A stretch of 32,000 nucleotides of DNA from assembly GCF_021054785.1 (NCBI RefSeq), contig NZ_CP088239.1, forward strand, positions 630,001 through 662,000, written 5' to 3'. A program made the position numbers and the translations under genes. This document shows positions 31,980 to 32,000 of this stretch, piece after piece. Numbering within the stretch: position 1 is the stretch's first letter; every line of letters starts with the position of its first letter. The notes below the pieces were generated by a model, which saw nothing but the letters and a program-made list of their open reading frames with translations, did not search any database and had not been told where the DNA came from. The stretch is from Tannockella kyphosi. Lineage in GTDB: Bacteria > Bacillota_I > Bacilli_A > Erysipelotrichales > Coprobacillaceae.

Positions 31980-32000
31980 ATGAAATGTCCTTATTGTGGT
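31980..32000 (+). CDS. 5' end of a zinc-ribbon protein gene (MKCPYCG...), possibly nrdR; runs off the window
   Basis: AAAGGTGGA RBS 7 nt upstream. An extended -10 TGcTATAGT is at 31933-31941. NrdR proteins typically begin MKCP-x-C, but only 7 codons are visible. Confidence 0.3.

Overview
This is an AT-rich, low-GC Bacillota-type chromosome segment. All calls come from reading motifs by eye; no searches were run, and the taxon is only a guess from codon usage and gene content.

Gene order:
- (1) A co-oriented cluster of secreted or surface proteins: a truncated gene, a protein with a SipW/TasA-type signal peptide, and a protein with an LPXTG-like anchor.
- (2) A DUF3592-like membrane protein, a tail-anchored His/Pro/Gly/Arg-rich microprotein, and a Cthe_2159-type beta-helix surface protein.
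- (3) An apparently intact group IIC intron, with an RT/maturase lacking an endonuclease domain. It sits immediately behind the rho-independent terminator of the Cthe_2159-like gene.
- (4) A GNAT acetyltransferase and putP.
- (5) A tightly packed five-gene minus-strand operon: small ORFan, ClpP-fold protease, VirD4/TraG-type ATPase without a membrane anchor, and two large ORFans. No integrase, relaxase or other type IV secretion gene is nearby.
- (6) A TetR regulator divergent from a multidomain OYE/enoate-reductase-like flavoenzyme.
- (7) A SAM methyltransferase interrupted by an in-frame TAG, and a nitroreductase.
- (8) niaR-nadCBA, with a NiaR-type palindrome over the promoter.
- (9) A LysR regulator divergent from a second enoate-reductase paralog plus an unknown polytopic membrane protein.
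- (10) An aspartate racemase.
- (11) A 3.5-kb cassette bounded by ~83-bp direct repeats. It carries a MarR regulator and a three-gene nitrogenase-like (NifH plus two NifD/K-like) reductase, with a 13-bp palindrome present three times.
- (12) The first codons of a zinc-ribbon gene, possibly nrdR.

The two strongest candidates for undescribed biology are the ClpP/VirD4-like operon (9679-14241) and the repeat-flanked nitrogenase-like cassette (28378-31932).
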